NCBI GenBank assembly: GCA_964016885.1
Contig: OZ024751.1
Span: 8,928,001-8,992,000, forward strand
Direction: 5' to 3'
DNA from: Eledone cirrhosa
Taxonomy: Eukaryota
Length of the DNA stretch: 64,000 nt
Position numbers and translations under genes: made by a program. How positions within the stretch are numbered: the stretch's first letter is position 1; each line of letters begins with the position of its first letter. Positions 12,370 through 25,955 of this stretch are shown piece after piece. Under the pieces are notes generated by a model. The model was not told the origin of the DNA and searched no databases. It saw only the letters and a list, made by a program, of their open reading frames with translations.

Positions 12370-15300
12370 TTTGATCCTTACTATGGACTCGGCAGTCAAC
12401 TGGATTTGTCCCATACGTGACAGCAGTTGTTCTGCGTAGTTCCACAGGTCGGTTACGCCCGGGCAGTTATCAATTGCATGCAAGACGGTTTCAATGTCCT
12501 GCTCGCATCTTGGACAGGTCCTCTTGGAAGGATCCCTGCCGGGGCGGCCGTGCCTGTACGTCTCGTTTCGAACTGGTAGAGCTCCTCGTTAGCACTGTCA
12601 GGCCAGGGGCCTCTGGAAGTTGTCCATCGGTCCCCAGCGGAAAGTCCTACCAAACAGACTGGTGAGCTCGTGGTCTTCGATACCCAGAGTCTCTCCGAGC
12701 ACGTCGTCTCCCTTGTAACGTACTAACCCTCTATAGAATGTCGAAGTGGAGACTCCACTGATTGCTGTGCCCGCTTGAAAGAGGACGGTGTGCGCCTGAG
12801 CGCATTCAATGTGCCAGGTGCCCATTTTCTTCGGTCTCCGCTTGACCCAGGACGGCAGCTCTATCAGCGAGATAAGTTGCGGGAAGGCCTGTCACACAAA
12901 CGGGGCCCACACCGGTTGTTCGGTGAGGAATACCTGGAGATGCCGTAGCCTCAGTGCGTGTATGCGCATCATCAGCCACGGCATTCCCAGCCCTCCGTAA
13001 GAAGGGTGCTGACAGCAGGCGGATCTCCTCACCAGTGGATTCTGCTCCTTCCAAAGGAACTGGAAGAGCATGCGTTCGATCTTGGTGAGGTATTCACAGG
13101 GACAAGGCACGACGGTCAAGCGGTAGTAGATGACGGAGGCTATGATAGTGTTCGCCACCTCCGCTCGAACTTCCAATGGTAGTATGCACTCTTTCCACTT
13201 CTGGATCAGCGCAAATACCTTGTCCATGACCTCGTTCCAGTTTTTCTCCACCTGGAGGACTGGATCGAACCAGACCCCGAGCAATTTCACCGTTCCTTCC
13301 GTCCAGCGTCCGACGACGCTGTTGGACGGCATCGGTTTGCCTCTCCACGTTCTGAGTTGCAAACTGACAGACTTGTCCGGGTTCAGTTTTGCTCCTGTGA
13401 GGCTTTCGTATTGCTGGAGTAAGTTGCAGACTGCCCCGATTTCCGAGGTCTCCGATACCATTACTTTCATGTCGTCGGCATAAGCCGACGCCGCTTTCCA
13501 CAGTCCCGGTTCTAAAGGGATGCCTTGCAAAAGCTCCAACTTCCGCAGTAGTGGCTCTAGAGTCAATACGTGCAGCATGGAGGAGAGAGGGAATCCCGGT
13601 CGGATGGAACGTGTGATTGCGAATGGTTCCGATTGACCGTCGAGCAAATGTTGGTGTGCATTGCTTTGATCCAGCCTCTGAAGAAGGATCCGGAAGCGGC
13701 CGCCTTGAGAACCGCTTCCAATATCGATGGTCGACCCTATCGACCGCCTTAGACTGATCTAAATTGATCAGCGCCCCACGGACGCCGGGTTTACACCCAA
13801 CCCTCTCTATGATGTATCGCATGAGGTGGAGGTTGTTCTGTATGGGCCTGGGCGGGATTACACACGTTTGCGCTTTACCTACCAGGTTCTCGGCGATAAG
13901 CGCCAGCCTCGTTGCTAACACCTTGGCCAAAATCATTAACTCTGTGTTGAACACAGTTATGGGCCTAAAGTTGCTTAGTTTGTCCCCCTTGTTCTCGTCT
14001 TTCCTGATCAGCTTTACTACGCCCCTGCCTGCAGAACTGAGAATACTGCTAGTTGCAGTAGACCGCTTCGATGACGCCAGAGAACTAGTCCTGTATGCCT
14101 ATGTAAAACTCATAGGGTAGACCATCAAGACTGGGGGATTTGCGTTTCCCGCAGAGGCCCAGATCGTCCCGTATCTCAGTAGCTGTGATCAGTCTTTCGC
14201 AGAACTCGGCGTCCATGCTTGAGAGACGCGGCAAGCCGTCGAGTTATGAACCGAAGTCCAATGCCCCGTTCGGCACACCATCGCTCTGCTCGAACAGTTG
14301 CGCAAAGTGCCGCTGAAAGGCCATGCACATCCGCTTGGAGTTAAGTAGCACGCGTCCTTTTTGGTCTTTTAAAGACCGAATCGTGGACTTGTTGCCACCT
14401 TTCGCTACAGTTTGTCCACATCCACTGTGGTGCAGACAGGAAATCTAGTCGATACCTATCGGCCAGTTGGAATTGGCATTATATTTTTGAGGCTGTTGCA
14501 GGACATGTTCCTACATAGTCCCATCGTGCGTCTAGGATACCATTCCAGTCTCCCACTAAAAGCAAGCAGCGAGACGTTCCCAGAAAAGACTCTAGACGCT
14601 TAAAGAAGTCTTGCCGCGATTGCATAAACGGCCACCTGTCTGAACGCTCCACCTCCAACACTGTTCACGTTTAGGACTACCAGTCTATCCTCTGGGTTCG
14701 AGAGAACTTGCTGTATTTCGATGTTCAGGTTTTTCTGAAACATGACAGCCACTCCCCCTCCCCCTCCTGGCTGACAGAGAGATGCGTGGATCTCAAAGTC
14801 ATTGAAGATTAGGGCTAGTTGCTGCCTGTTGTGGATCCTGGACTCGGTGATGGCTATCACATCCATACCGTGTGACCTAAGGTTATTTAAAAGTTGGCCC
14901 TGTTTCCAGGGCATCCCTAGGCCACGCACATTCACACTTCCAACACGTAAATTAGCCATGTTGATGGAGAAGAGTTGGCGAAAAAGGACGAAAAGATGCA
15001 CTTACCTTTTCGTTTCCTGGAGATCGGGTTGTTCAATCTCCAGTTGATTGAGGTTGAGAAACATCTTAATAGGACGCGGTTAATGGGCTTTTGACAGGGG
15101 TTGCCAACGTCCTGCGAACATTGTTCTTTTAATTTCTGATAGGTTTCTATCGAAACCCTTATCAGTTTTAGTGGTGGATCAGAGTCTGCCTTGACAAAGG
15201 TTTTCCACACAGTTTCTACTTTGGGCTCTTGGGAGATGATCTCCATTAGGTTTTTGTTGTTTGTGTTAATGTATGTGTATTGTTGTTTGTTTTTTTGTTG

Positions 15301-15590
15301 TGTTGTTTAGGTTTGTTGTTCATTTTGTAGTTTTCTTTTTATGGTGAGCATTTGTGTTTGGAGTCGTGTTGACGTTTGTTATGCGTGTAGAGGGGGGGGG
15401 GGTGATTGTGGTGGTGTTTGTGTTGTTGTTTGTGTTGGTGGTTGTGTGTTCGTATTGGTTGATGATTTGTGTTTTTCGTGGCTTTGCGGTGTCTCTTTTT
15501 TGTTTTTTGTTTTTTTATTTCCGAGGCTCTCCATCTTCACTCGGGGATGGAGAAGTAGCCTCGTCTGACGATGAATCGTCATAGTCAATA
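12370..15590 (-). mobile_element. Degenerate Tx1/L1-clade LINE (ORF1 tail plus APE-RT-CCHC ORF2)
   Basis: APE start MANLRVGSVNVRGL..ITES, GDWN; RT LINLDQSKAVDRVDH, SAYADD; CPRC..ETVLH..C near 12465-12520; many frameshifts. Confidence 0.9.
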
Positions 15591-15817
15591 CGTTAGTTGT
15601 ATAAGAAGAATTATTTGTAAAACTATTAAAAGGTTTAAGAAATGGTGTGTATGGCTTTCCCACCTTAACGCATGTACTTTCTCTAAATATGTGCTTTATA
15701 TATATGTATACAGAATATTATGTGTTTCACAAATGCTATATGGATCTCTCAATCTCTCTCTACATATATCTTTTAATTTTAATCACACACACAAAAAAAA
15801 ACGCACAAGAACAAAGA

Positions 15818-15998
15818 AACTTTGGTGAGGAACTAGGTGAACCATAACGCACCAGAGTACTCGATACTTAGGATAGTAGAGTTTGGTAATAGGAAGAGAG
15901 CCAGGACCCCGACGGCTAAGTTCCGGCCATTTACACAACTAGATCCGAACTAGCTATCGAAACAGCTGGAGTTCAGCCGTCGGGGTCCTGACTTTTTT

Positions 15999-16002
<4 letters not shown>
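15818..16002. mobile_element. Fold-back pLTR fragment with HHR 3' half; same family as 3388-3541
   Basis: Shared ccataacgcacca..tacttagg segment; caggaccccgacggct / agccgtcggggtcctg inverted repeat; GAAA-cagctg..cagccg-TC. Confidence 0.5.
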
Positions 16003-16070
<68 letters not shown>

Positions 16071-16419
16071 TTGATTTACCCTAGCATTAGTTTCAAAGAC
16101 GCCAAGCTTCCACATTAGAAACATCAGTTACATACGTATATACATGGACATGTGCATATATGTACGTATATACATAGATGAATATACACACACATAGTTT
16201 GCCAGAAGAGATGCCAAGATTATTTATTGTAATCTTTCTAATTGGACTGATAACACTTGTAAATAAAATAAATATTCAAATCAGCAAATCAGACAAATTG
16301 TGTAAAACAAAATAGCAAATGTGTAGTTTATTATATATTAGTAGTGAAAATATTTAATCAAAATTACTTCTTCAATTCAAGTTTGTACAGGACGTAATCA
16401 ATTATGAAGTTTATTGCGT

Positions 16420-16980
16420 AGATTTTCTTTAACATCTTCATTCACTTTTTGAATTACATCGAGTTAATTTTCGGAGATCCTGTTGTTTGTGGCTGTTTGC
16501 ACAGCTAGAATTATGTTAACGTCATATAACACGCAAGTGTGTGACGGGCTGTTATTTCAATACCATAACAACACGGATCGCTGTATTCAAACTTGACCAC
16601 TCTCCCCGTCTCACGGGGAGATCGCTCGGCCACTTTGGGGTGGGTGAAAGAATGTTTTCTCTAGTGAAAATGGGTATAGCTTTCATTATGTAAAATCTCC
16701 ACATTTTATCTCATTTCTCTTCGTTTTGGGGCCCTTTTTTCATGATACTACACGTTTGGGCTTTTAGAATTTGGCAGGTCTGGTACAGAACATAATACAT
16801 TATGAAGATTATTTTCTTCAACATTTTCGTTCACCTTTTGAAATATATTGAGTTAATTTTCAGAGTTTCTCTTGTTTGTGTTTGTTTGCACAGCTGGTAT
16901 TATGTAAACGTCGTGTAAGATGTATATATGCGAGGGGCTGTTATTGCAATAGCCTAGCGACAGGCATCGCTCTATTCGTA
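16420..16980 (+). repeat. Diverged ~170-bp direct repeat (16420-16590, 16810-16980) with a MITE-like copy between
   Basis: Shared gagttaattttc..tgtttgcacagct..gggctgttatt; 16590-16770 aligns with 20450-20715. Confidence 0.6.
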
Positions 16981-17172
16981 GGAGGCTTGCATCGTATCTA
17001 CGTAATTCTGATATTATGCTCACTGGAATTTATGAACCAGAATGCAGTCAAATCACAAAACAGGCGACAAGTTTCTGTATAAACTGCGGGGAAAATTCGA
17101 AAGACAATGAATGGCGTGTATTAATGCTTGTAAAATACATACATACATATATATATATATATTAATGCTTGT

Positions 17173-17209
<37 letters not shown>

Positions 17210-18470
17210 GCTTGTAAAATATATATGTGTGTGTGTGTGTGCGTGTGTGTGTGCCTAGGAAATACACAATGTAAAAATATAATTTGAAATTTGATAGAAT
17301 AAAGGACAATTCTATGGCAACGTATTAACAGTTATGTGAAATACAACATGATGACTCCATATCTTTGTTAATTTATTATTTCTTCATATTCATCATACTA
17401 ATCTTTTCTTCCTGCTATTTTATTTTGAATATAAAGAGAGTTCTCTTAATATTTGTTCAATTTATTATTTTCTTTTACAAATATAACCGTTAAATATGTT
17501 AATACAAACATGAGAAGATATCTGCTGCGTTCTAACTAAACCTTTTCAGTGGACTGACAAATAATCGTTCTCCTCTTCTTTGGTGTTAAGTGTATCATTA
17601 CTTATGTCGGCGGAGAACTTCAAAATATCAGTTATGAGGTAGAAGAATTTAAGGATAAAGTCAAGTTTCTTATTTGAAATCTCGTAATAGCAAGTTATAT
17701 TCTTGGAAAGTTTTGCAATACTATAAGACGTTTAAAATAGAAATATTTTTAATTTATTTAGAACTGAAAAGAATAGTTTTCAGTATCTTAATACAAAGAC
17801 AAAATCGCAAATCTAAAGCTAACTTCGTCAATTTGTTAGGGAAATATTAAATGTTCGTATTAGGTGAGAAGCCTAATATTCTTCGTCAGAAATATTTTTT
17901 ATAGACAACAGAATCCTCATCATCGATACCATCAACTTCACCAGCACCATAATAGTGATTATAAAAAATATTATTGTTATTATTATCATTATTATTATTA
18001 TTATACTTGACATATAAGTTAGATTAATATCCCGAATGTAGCTAAAATAATATTTAAAGATTGCTTACAAGTTAAATACTATACGCATATGTGTTTTTAA
18101 TACCCATATATTAAGATATATAACATTTGGAAAGCATTTGATAGGTTCTAATAAGATACATCTGAATGTATAGATAATAAAATAAGTATTTATGTAGCAT
18201 GGAACCGAATACATGTTTATAAAATACACTAGCTATTCAAAGACAAAGCTACGATAAATTTAATTATAAATGGAGATATTTTTAAATATATCAATGCCAG
18301 CACAGCAATACATTTAATGGGGAATAGATTAAGAATTAATTTTATATTAAGTCCATAATGTCATCACTTAAATACTCATAATATGCTAATTATATTCATT
18401 AAGTAGGTATACAATATGTACTAAAATTAATTGACAATTGTAAATATTGTATACTTATATTACAATAACG

Positions 18471-18604
18471 ATTTCTACTAGCTATTTAGTGGGAGAGGAA
18501 AGTGGATTAAATCGACCCCACTGATGCTATATTTTATCGACACCTCAAGGAAGAAAGGCAAAGCTAACCTCGGAGTGATTTGATCTCAGACGTAAAGGGC
18601 TGTA
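18471..18604 (-). mobile_element. Degenerate tRNA-derived SINE
   Basis: ttttatcgac..aaggaagaaaggcaaagctaacctcgg..gatttgatctcag. Confidence 0.65.
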
Positions 18605-18950
18605 TTACAATAATACATTCATTTTCAAAATAATATTGATAAGAAGAATCTATATTCTGTTGTTCTTGTTATAGTTTCATTCATTGGACAGCTTCAGTTT
18701 TTCAAATAGTTCATATATATTTCTATTGTGGTTCGTAATTTACCTATTTCTATTTATCTAATAGCTAAATTTTGTATTTCGTTAGCTATATTATTGTGGT
18801 GTATACATTAAATATGATGTATCCAGTATACATATATTTATATATTTCAATTTAACCTATGTTTATTTTTGCTTAAACGTTTAATAATAAATTTGCACAG
18901 ATTTGAAACTTGATTCTTTGTGGAGATGTAGGAATATTAATACTAGAATC

Positions 18951-19355
18951 TATGAGAGTTGCCTGAAAAGTTCATAGACTGTCTATGATGGGGTGATGCT
19001 AAAGCTGTGAAATCTTGCATGCATTAATTTCAACTCTTCTTATTAATAATCGCATTGTCACCTTGTTCCAGTTCAGTCAACTGTAGAGACGCCACTGGTT
19101 GCAAACTGTACCGGCCTTTGCTTTTCCCTTCGACAACATCGGTGACGTGGAGAGGGAAGAATGGTATGCATTGGCGACTGCTGGTCTTCTAAAAGTACCC
19201 TTACCTGGACTTGTGCAGGTGCAAATCCTATGAACATTCGTCACCGAAGGGGTATTTACCCTTCTTTCTAGGGACTATGTTGAAAACTAAACCTGATTTT
19301 GTCATTCCTTGAGAGCATTATGATCAGCCTCTGAACCTTTCAGCCGACACTCATA
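18951..19355. mobile_element. Tc1/mariner-type MITE, probably with a nested repeat (~19070-19265)
   Basis: TA-flanked imperfect TIRs tatgagagttgcctgaaaagttca / tgaacctttcagccgacactcata. Confidence 0.6.
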
Positions 19356-20449
19356 GAATAAATTATGCCTTTGAAATCCCTCTTCAGTTATTTTACACTA
19401 GAATAATATACTCTACATAATACTAGCAGCTTTAAAATGACACCTAGTTGGCTTACAATATATTGAACTATACACCGATAGTCGAAATATTAACATACGC
19501 TAGTTTTGGCTTTCCTATATTTATCTAGCTCTGACACATTTGTAAATGTAGGTTGTATTTCTAACATCAAGCAAAATGTAGGTGCTACGAATAAACAAAT
19601 AGATACGCACAAAACACACAAAATTGGCTAAAATTAGAAATTACTGTACAATATATTCGTGATATACATATTACAATAAATAAATATATTGTTCTCGCGA
19701 CGCGAATTCATGATTCTAAGATTTCCATGTTTCAAATAGGTGTGATGTTATCATCAGTGGAAGACAGAAGGAGAGAAAGTTAATGGAGATATGTTGCTTA
19801 TATACAAAGCTATAAAACCAAGGAAAATCGGAAAGATAGAAATGCAGACTGAATAATGATAAATAATTTATTGTGTTTCGATGTGTAATATACTTTACAA
19901 AAGTGCTAAAATTTCTTGAGGTAATTGGAAAATTGGTATTTAAAATTAACTTAAAGAAATGATCTACTAGATTATAACCAGAATAACTATTTCGCCAGTG
20001 TAACGAACATACTTTTGTATGTAGAACGTTTTATCTGAAGGCAAAATAAAAATGAAAATATATTCTTGTTTAGAGCAATATTATATTAAATTATAAAGAT
20101 GGCTGGGTTGAAAAGACAGTCGAAAATAAATATAGGATATGCATATTAATGTATCTATAGAAAATATTGGCAATAAAATAAAAGAAATAATAATAAACAT
20201 CGTGGTCATCAGTCTATCAACATGGTTGTACGTAGTTTCGACTCATGCTGATGTTATTGCTGGTATATCTGGGGTCAGAGTGACTAACAAACTAATCATA
20301 ACTAAAAACAAAACATACCTACGCAAGTGTTGATGTATGACTTTTAAATCAACAATTCATAGCAAAAAAAGAAAAAAACTGATGACCATGGTGTTTATCA
20401 TATTTTATTCCATTCCCAATATCATGATATAACACGTGATGCAGACCTG

Positions 20450-20715
20450 TTAACTCTCTCTGTCCGACGAGGAGATCTCCCTCCCACTTTGCGGTGGATA
20501 AGAGATATCTTCTCTTTTGAAAATGTGTATAGCTTTCATTTGCCTTTCATCCTTACGGGGTCGATGAAATAAAGTACCAGTAATGTACTGTGTAATTGCT
20601 GGCCTTGTGCCAAAAGTAGAAACAATTATGTAAAATCTCCCTATTTTACCTTCTTTCTCCCCGCTTTGGAGCATTTTATTTTCATGGTACTCCACGTTTG
20701 AGTTTTTAGGGGTTA
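20450..20715. mobile_element. TTAA-flanked (piggyBac-like) MITE interrupted by a SINE 3' fragment (20541-20625)
   Basis: ttaactct..aggggttaa termini; the uninterrupted relative at 16590-16770 shows the SINE inserted at ctttcatt|atgtaaaatc. Confidence 0.55.
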
Positions 20716-21181
20716 ACAACCCTGCATGATGTTCACATTTTCCATCCACTTCTTTTGTTAATTTGCTTATACCCTCGCAGCATATCTACTTTCCTTTCCT
20801 GTGCCTATTCTCGCTTGTTTCGTCTTACTTCCGCCCCTACACATTTTCTTTTGCCACTTAAAACCAACTAAAATGTTCTACTCAGAGTTACGTTCTCTGT
20901 GTTCCTCTCTATATGACTTTGTATTTTGGTCTAATTCGTTCGTTTAGTTATGACTAGTAAGACTTCAATGTTGAACATCTATTTCTACATACTTAAGATC
21001 TTTTTCTCGTCTTGATTCTCCAAGGAGAGTGTTTGACTTTTTATAACTCCGGCTGGAACAGCAGTACCGTCTGTATGGATCGAACCTACATATTTCAATT
21101 TCGATGACTAATGAGTTTATCGTTTTATTATTTTATTGTCAATATTGTATTCCCCGTGACGCATGCGTTTTCTCCCGGTGT

Positions 21182-21215
<34 letters not shown>

Positions 21216-21216
<1 letters not shown>

Positions 21217-21399
21217 GTTTCTACTTTTGGCACAAGGCCAGCAATTACCCCAGTGTATTACTGGTACTTTATTTTATCGACCCCGTAAGGATGAAAGGCA
21301 AAGTTAACTTCGGCGGGATTTGAACTCAGTCCGTAAAGGAACGTAACTGTGCTGCAAAGCATGGCGACCGACCCTCTACCTATACTGCCAATCCACCGC
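21216..21399 (-). mobile_element. tRNA-derived SINE, near full length
   Basis: Same head, core and tail as 1371-1566. Confidence 0.85.
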
Positions 21400-23255
21400 A
21401 TAATTGTGTGTGCGTGCGTAAATGTCTGTGGGTTTATATATAAGTTTTAAGTAATATTTTTTTTTAATCAATCTAGAGAACATTTCGAATGTATTTTACA
21501 AACAGAGAAAGGCTGTCAAAATTGATCACGCTGTAAAAGTTAATCGCTAATTCCGCTTCATAATGCTTTTTACTCTTCCACTTTAAAAGTAGTCATTATA
21601 TCCTCCTTACACTTTTCGATTTCTGTATTTCTCCGTTTTAAATATCACAGGTTTTGCTTGAAACCTGAGGCTGCGTTACGGAATATTGAAATTTCGTGTA
21701 TAGTTGTGAGTATATTTAATGTGGATATATTCCTGTCGACATTCAATTAACTCTATCTGATAAAACTTGAGGCTCTATTCATTGTGTAAGCAATGTTGCA
21801 GATTCATGACCCTCCAAGGAAAGTTACGTTTATATGTTTTAATATATTTAAGCATTGGATATAATTTAATTCATGTTTACTACACAATACATGGTTTTAA
21901 ACTGATTATTGAGCATTTGGTTTGCGCGCTTCCTTTCCAGTAGGATTGGAAAACTCTGTAAACTATATATATATTTATTCTAATATATACATGCCGCAAT
22001 CTATTTTTCTTTAGTTCAGACCGACAACACACATAACCGGCTCTTGCAACTGCTGGACTTGAAAACAGACGAGAATATATAGTTTTCTGGTCTATACAAA
22101 TAGGTGATTAATCTCATTTGCATATGAAGCTGTATACATTGGCTCAACTTATAATAGAATAGAATTTTCTTTAGCTTCAAGCTTCAGTTGTGCTTGAAAT
22201 TCCAATAGATATCTGTACACAGCTATGCTCAAAGCTAAATTCTAAATATATATATCACCGTTAAGGGTGATAGCAGCGATTCTTTACTTAAACTTTAATC
22301 TGTTATTTTAATAAATCCTTGTTCTATCGTTCTTATATATTTGATATATTGTTATCCTTATCGAGCCCTCTTTGTATTTTAGTCTTCACATTTATTATTA
22401 TTACTATATATATATAAATGAGAGAGAGAGAGAGAGAGGGGGGGAGAGCTCCATGTGGTGTTGATGGACGTGAGAATGAGTACTCAATACCCCGGTACAT
22501 TTTTGAGCTTTGTTACGATATAATTTCGACTGTGTAATCACAGGACCATAAGAGAAACCAAAACTACAAAGAAATAAGCTATGTTGAGATAAATATGACA
22601 ACAAAGATGACACTGTTGACAAACGAGATGATGGCGATGAGTACTATGGTGTTGATGCTATCGACGATGACTCAGATTACAACGGTGCTAAAGCCAATGA
22701 TTAGGATGAGGATAATGAACTTATTCCTTATGATGACAAGGTTTTAAATGTGTTAGTTTCGAGCTAGGACAACAACGAATAGACGAACACGGTTGAACGA
22801 ATAACAAAGATGAATAATATGTATTTATAAATGAAGCTTTTAAAACTAATATTTTGACAGCCAACTTGACAGCTTAATATGCAACTGAAAGGGAATAAAA
22901 GTAGGTAAAAACTAAACGCACATTTCCACACTTAGAAAATGGAAATATTGAGATGGAAATGAAAATCGAAATATTGGAAATGAGCTCCAACTTGCTTATA
23001 TAAACGTCAAAATCTAGACGATAGAGTTTGAAGCTTTATTAAAAGTGACAATGCAGTTAAATTGTTAAGTTTTGTAACAAAAAATAAATTATAATGAATA
23101 TAATGTTGTTTTTTCTGTAGGGTGGGGCTAGTTTCGAATAATTTAATCTTTCAAACATTGCTTGAAGATGGAAGATTCTTCCTTCAATGATGGTCACATG
23201 TTAGGATAGTGCTTCTTAGAAATACCTACAAATTTATTCAAACACACACACATCA

Positions 23256-23300
<45 letters not shown>

Positions 23301-23303
<3 letters not shown>

Positions 23304-23600
23304 AGAGTATTGAAGTTTGCTTGAAGCATTGTGGAACAATAAGTAAATATTTATAAGTCGTTTGGAAGCCTCGACAATGCAAATGGGTAAATCTCCGGGT
23401 AACAGGGTCCGGTGTAGGAGAGAGAGAGATATGTAAGTGGGTGTACGTTTAGATGCGTGGTGTGTATAGGTGTGTGAGATGTGTAGAATGAAGGGAAGAG
23501 TGAAAGGGTAAAAATAATAATAACAACACAAGAGATAGAGAGGTTTAATAGTCCCTATATATTTCGGATTCATATCCATCAACTGGGGGGTTTTTTTCCG
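23301..23600 (-). mobile_element. pLTR-like element (family Y) with atypical HHR-like motif at 23551-23590
   Basis: Homologous to 52170-52682; minus strand ccc-CAGTTGA-tggat..atcc-GAAA-tata-TA-ggg. Confidence 0.55.
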
Positions 23601-23840
23601 GGGTGGGGGAAAAGGTTGTCTGTCGGACGATTCGGAACGCGTCTTTCGCTGTTTAAGATTTGAATATCTGAGGTATTCGGTCGGGCGCGCGAAATGGGGC
23701 CGGCCGCACCCTGTATATATGTTTTAAAAGACAACCGTAGGCCGTACTTTAAGATATGACGTAAATTTTAATTGCGTGAAATCACTATACATATTTCAAT
23801 TGTCCAGTTCTACAAGCAATTGCTCAAAAATAACATAAAT

Positions 23841-23879
<39 letters not shown>

Positions 23880-23880
<1 letters not shown>

Positions 23881-23924
23881 TATATATAATAATGGTTGAC
23901 GGACCCACCATACTTCTCAGTGCC

Positions 23925-23982
<58 letters not shown>

Positions 23983-24025
23983 GGCATTGATAAATATGAT
24001 GGGTCCGTCAACCATTATCATATAT
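23880..24025. repeat. Short inverted repeat around (TA)n
   Basis: aatggttgacggacccaccatacttctcagtgccaga (TA)n tctggcattgataaatatgatgggtccgtcaaccatt. Confidence 0.8.
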
Positions 24026-24030
24026 ATATT

Positions 24031-24060
<30 letters not shown>

Positions 24061-24062
<2 letters not shown>

Positions 24063-24178
24063 AATTGAAACAAAATGAAAACGAAATTTCATTTCTCACT
24101 CTTAGTATGGCACTTACTTAAATGTAAGTGTGCATGTATACGTACATACATATATGTATACAGACGTACAGTAGCATG

Positions 24179-24220
<42 letters not shown>

Positions 24221-24535
24221 CATATGCATACAGGTACACATACATATATGCACGTATCAGTTTAGCGGCGCTTATTATAACGTCGCTTTGTTCGTTTGTA
24301 AACAAACTAAACAGCCTGAATTTATGCCATACGGTGTTAAGGCAACCACGTCACCTTTTTGTTCAACACTGACACAGGACGTACTAGTTTCAAGCTTGTT
24401 AGCTATCATCAGCAACGTTTACCCATCTGCCAGATAGTTGAACGTTCGAAAGTATATACTTTCCTTATGAAAATTAACGGCTGAGCAGCCTAATTTGCAT
24501 ATTGAGTGAGTTAAATCGGTCAGGCATACCGAAAA

Positions 24536-24598
<63 letters not shown>

Positions 24599-25042
24599 TG
24601 TGCATGCTACTGTACGTCTGTATACATATATGTATGTACGTATACATGCATACTTACATTTAAGTAAGTGCCATACTAAGAGTGAGAAATGAAATTTCGT
24701 TTTTATTTTGTTTCAATTTATCGTTTTCGGTATGCCTGACCGATTTAACTCACTCAATATGCAAATTAGGCTGCTCAGCCGTTAATTTTCATGAGAAAAG
24801 TATATACTTTCGAACGTTCAACTATCTGGCAGATGGGTAAACGGTGCTGATGATAGCTAACAAGCTTGAAACTAGTACATCGTTCCTGTGTCAGTGTTGA
24901 ACAAAAAGGTGACGTGGTTGCCTTAACACCGTATGGCATAAATTCAGGCTGTTCAGTTTGTTTACAAACGAACAAAGCGACGTTATAATAAGCGCCGCTA
25001 AACTGATACGTGCATATATGTATGTGTACCTGTATGCATATG

Positions 25043-25074
<32 letters not shown>

Positions 25075-25130
25075 TGTGCATGCTACTGTACGTCTGTATA
25101 CATATATGTATGTACGTATACATGCATACT
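24061..25130. repeat. Inverted pair of a circularly permuted ~480-bp repeat unit; partial third copy at 27550-27790
   Basis: Plus arm A+B (24061-24538); the minus arm reads partial A, B, A (25130-24600); near-identical. Confidence 0.8.
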
Positions 25131-25161
<31 letters not shown>

Positions 25162-25645
25162 ATAGTTGTTATATTATAAGGTGTAATATTGGTTGTGTGA
25201 TACGGTTCAATAAACTTTTGTTAGCAATATTAAGTTCTCCCCCACGCTTTTGTATATCTCCAATTCCATTTATGGGAACAGCTAGATGATGTAAAACGGA
25301 GTGTTTGTATCAAAATAAAGATCCGAAGGCATGGTATCAATTTCCAATCATTTTAATCCTGACACATGTTTCAATAAGAGATAGATCGATCGTGCGGCCA
25401 TTATCGATTATCACTGACCTAGTCAGGTGAAAATGAATTGTCTTCAAATCCATCTGTATCATATCAGTTCGGTTACCATACTAGTTTTATCATTTTATCA
25501 TTATATTCTATTTCTCACTTATATTGATGTTATTAATTTAACTATTCAGTATCTAGTTATTTTGTTATGATATTATTGTTCTGGCTAAAATTTCTTTAAT
25601 AAAAAAAATACACACACACACATACATAAATATATATATATATAT

Positions 25646-25693
<48 letters not shown>

Positions 25694-25703
25694 CTCACAA
25701 AAA

Positions 25704-25955
25704 CAAGATGGTGTAGGACAGAACAAAGAAGAGACACACAAAAATGAAAAAAAAATACTCACTCAGGAGGTCACAGAATGTGTGACGAAAGAGCTCTGAC
25801 AATATATAAACAACCTTCCGGTTATCGAACCAACCACCAACCGGAAATTTATAATAAATTGAAGGGAACCAAAAGATGCGAGTGTTTTTATTGGCAACAT
25901 GACCCCCCCCCCCAAGTATAAGAATATCAGTTTCATCAACGTTTTTAGATAAGAA
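25704..25955 (+). mobile_element. Diverged monomer of HHR element family A
   Basis: caagatggtgtaggac start; ggtcacagaatgtgtgac-GAAA-gagc-TC-tgac (CUGANGA degraded); ttattggcaacatgaccc. Confidence 0.75.

Noticed and set aside
22600-22740. Acidic-coding-looking stretch
   Set aside because: Decayed (GAT)n microsatellite with stops
23665-23720. HHR-like CTGAGGT..GAAA..TA
   Set aside because: Core and stem I fail; the reverse complement tatacagggtgcggcc fits a Tc1/mariner TIR remnant better
25345-25440. Minus-strand CTGACTA..GAAA-catgtg-TC
   Set aside because: G8 lost and stem I unpaired at the junction; possibly a dead HHR but unsupported
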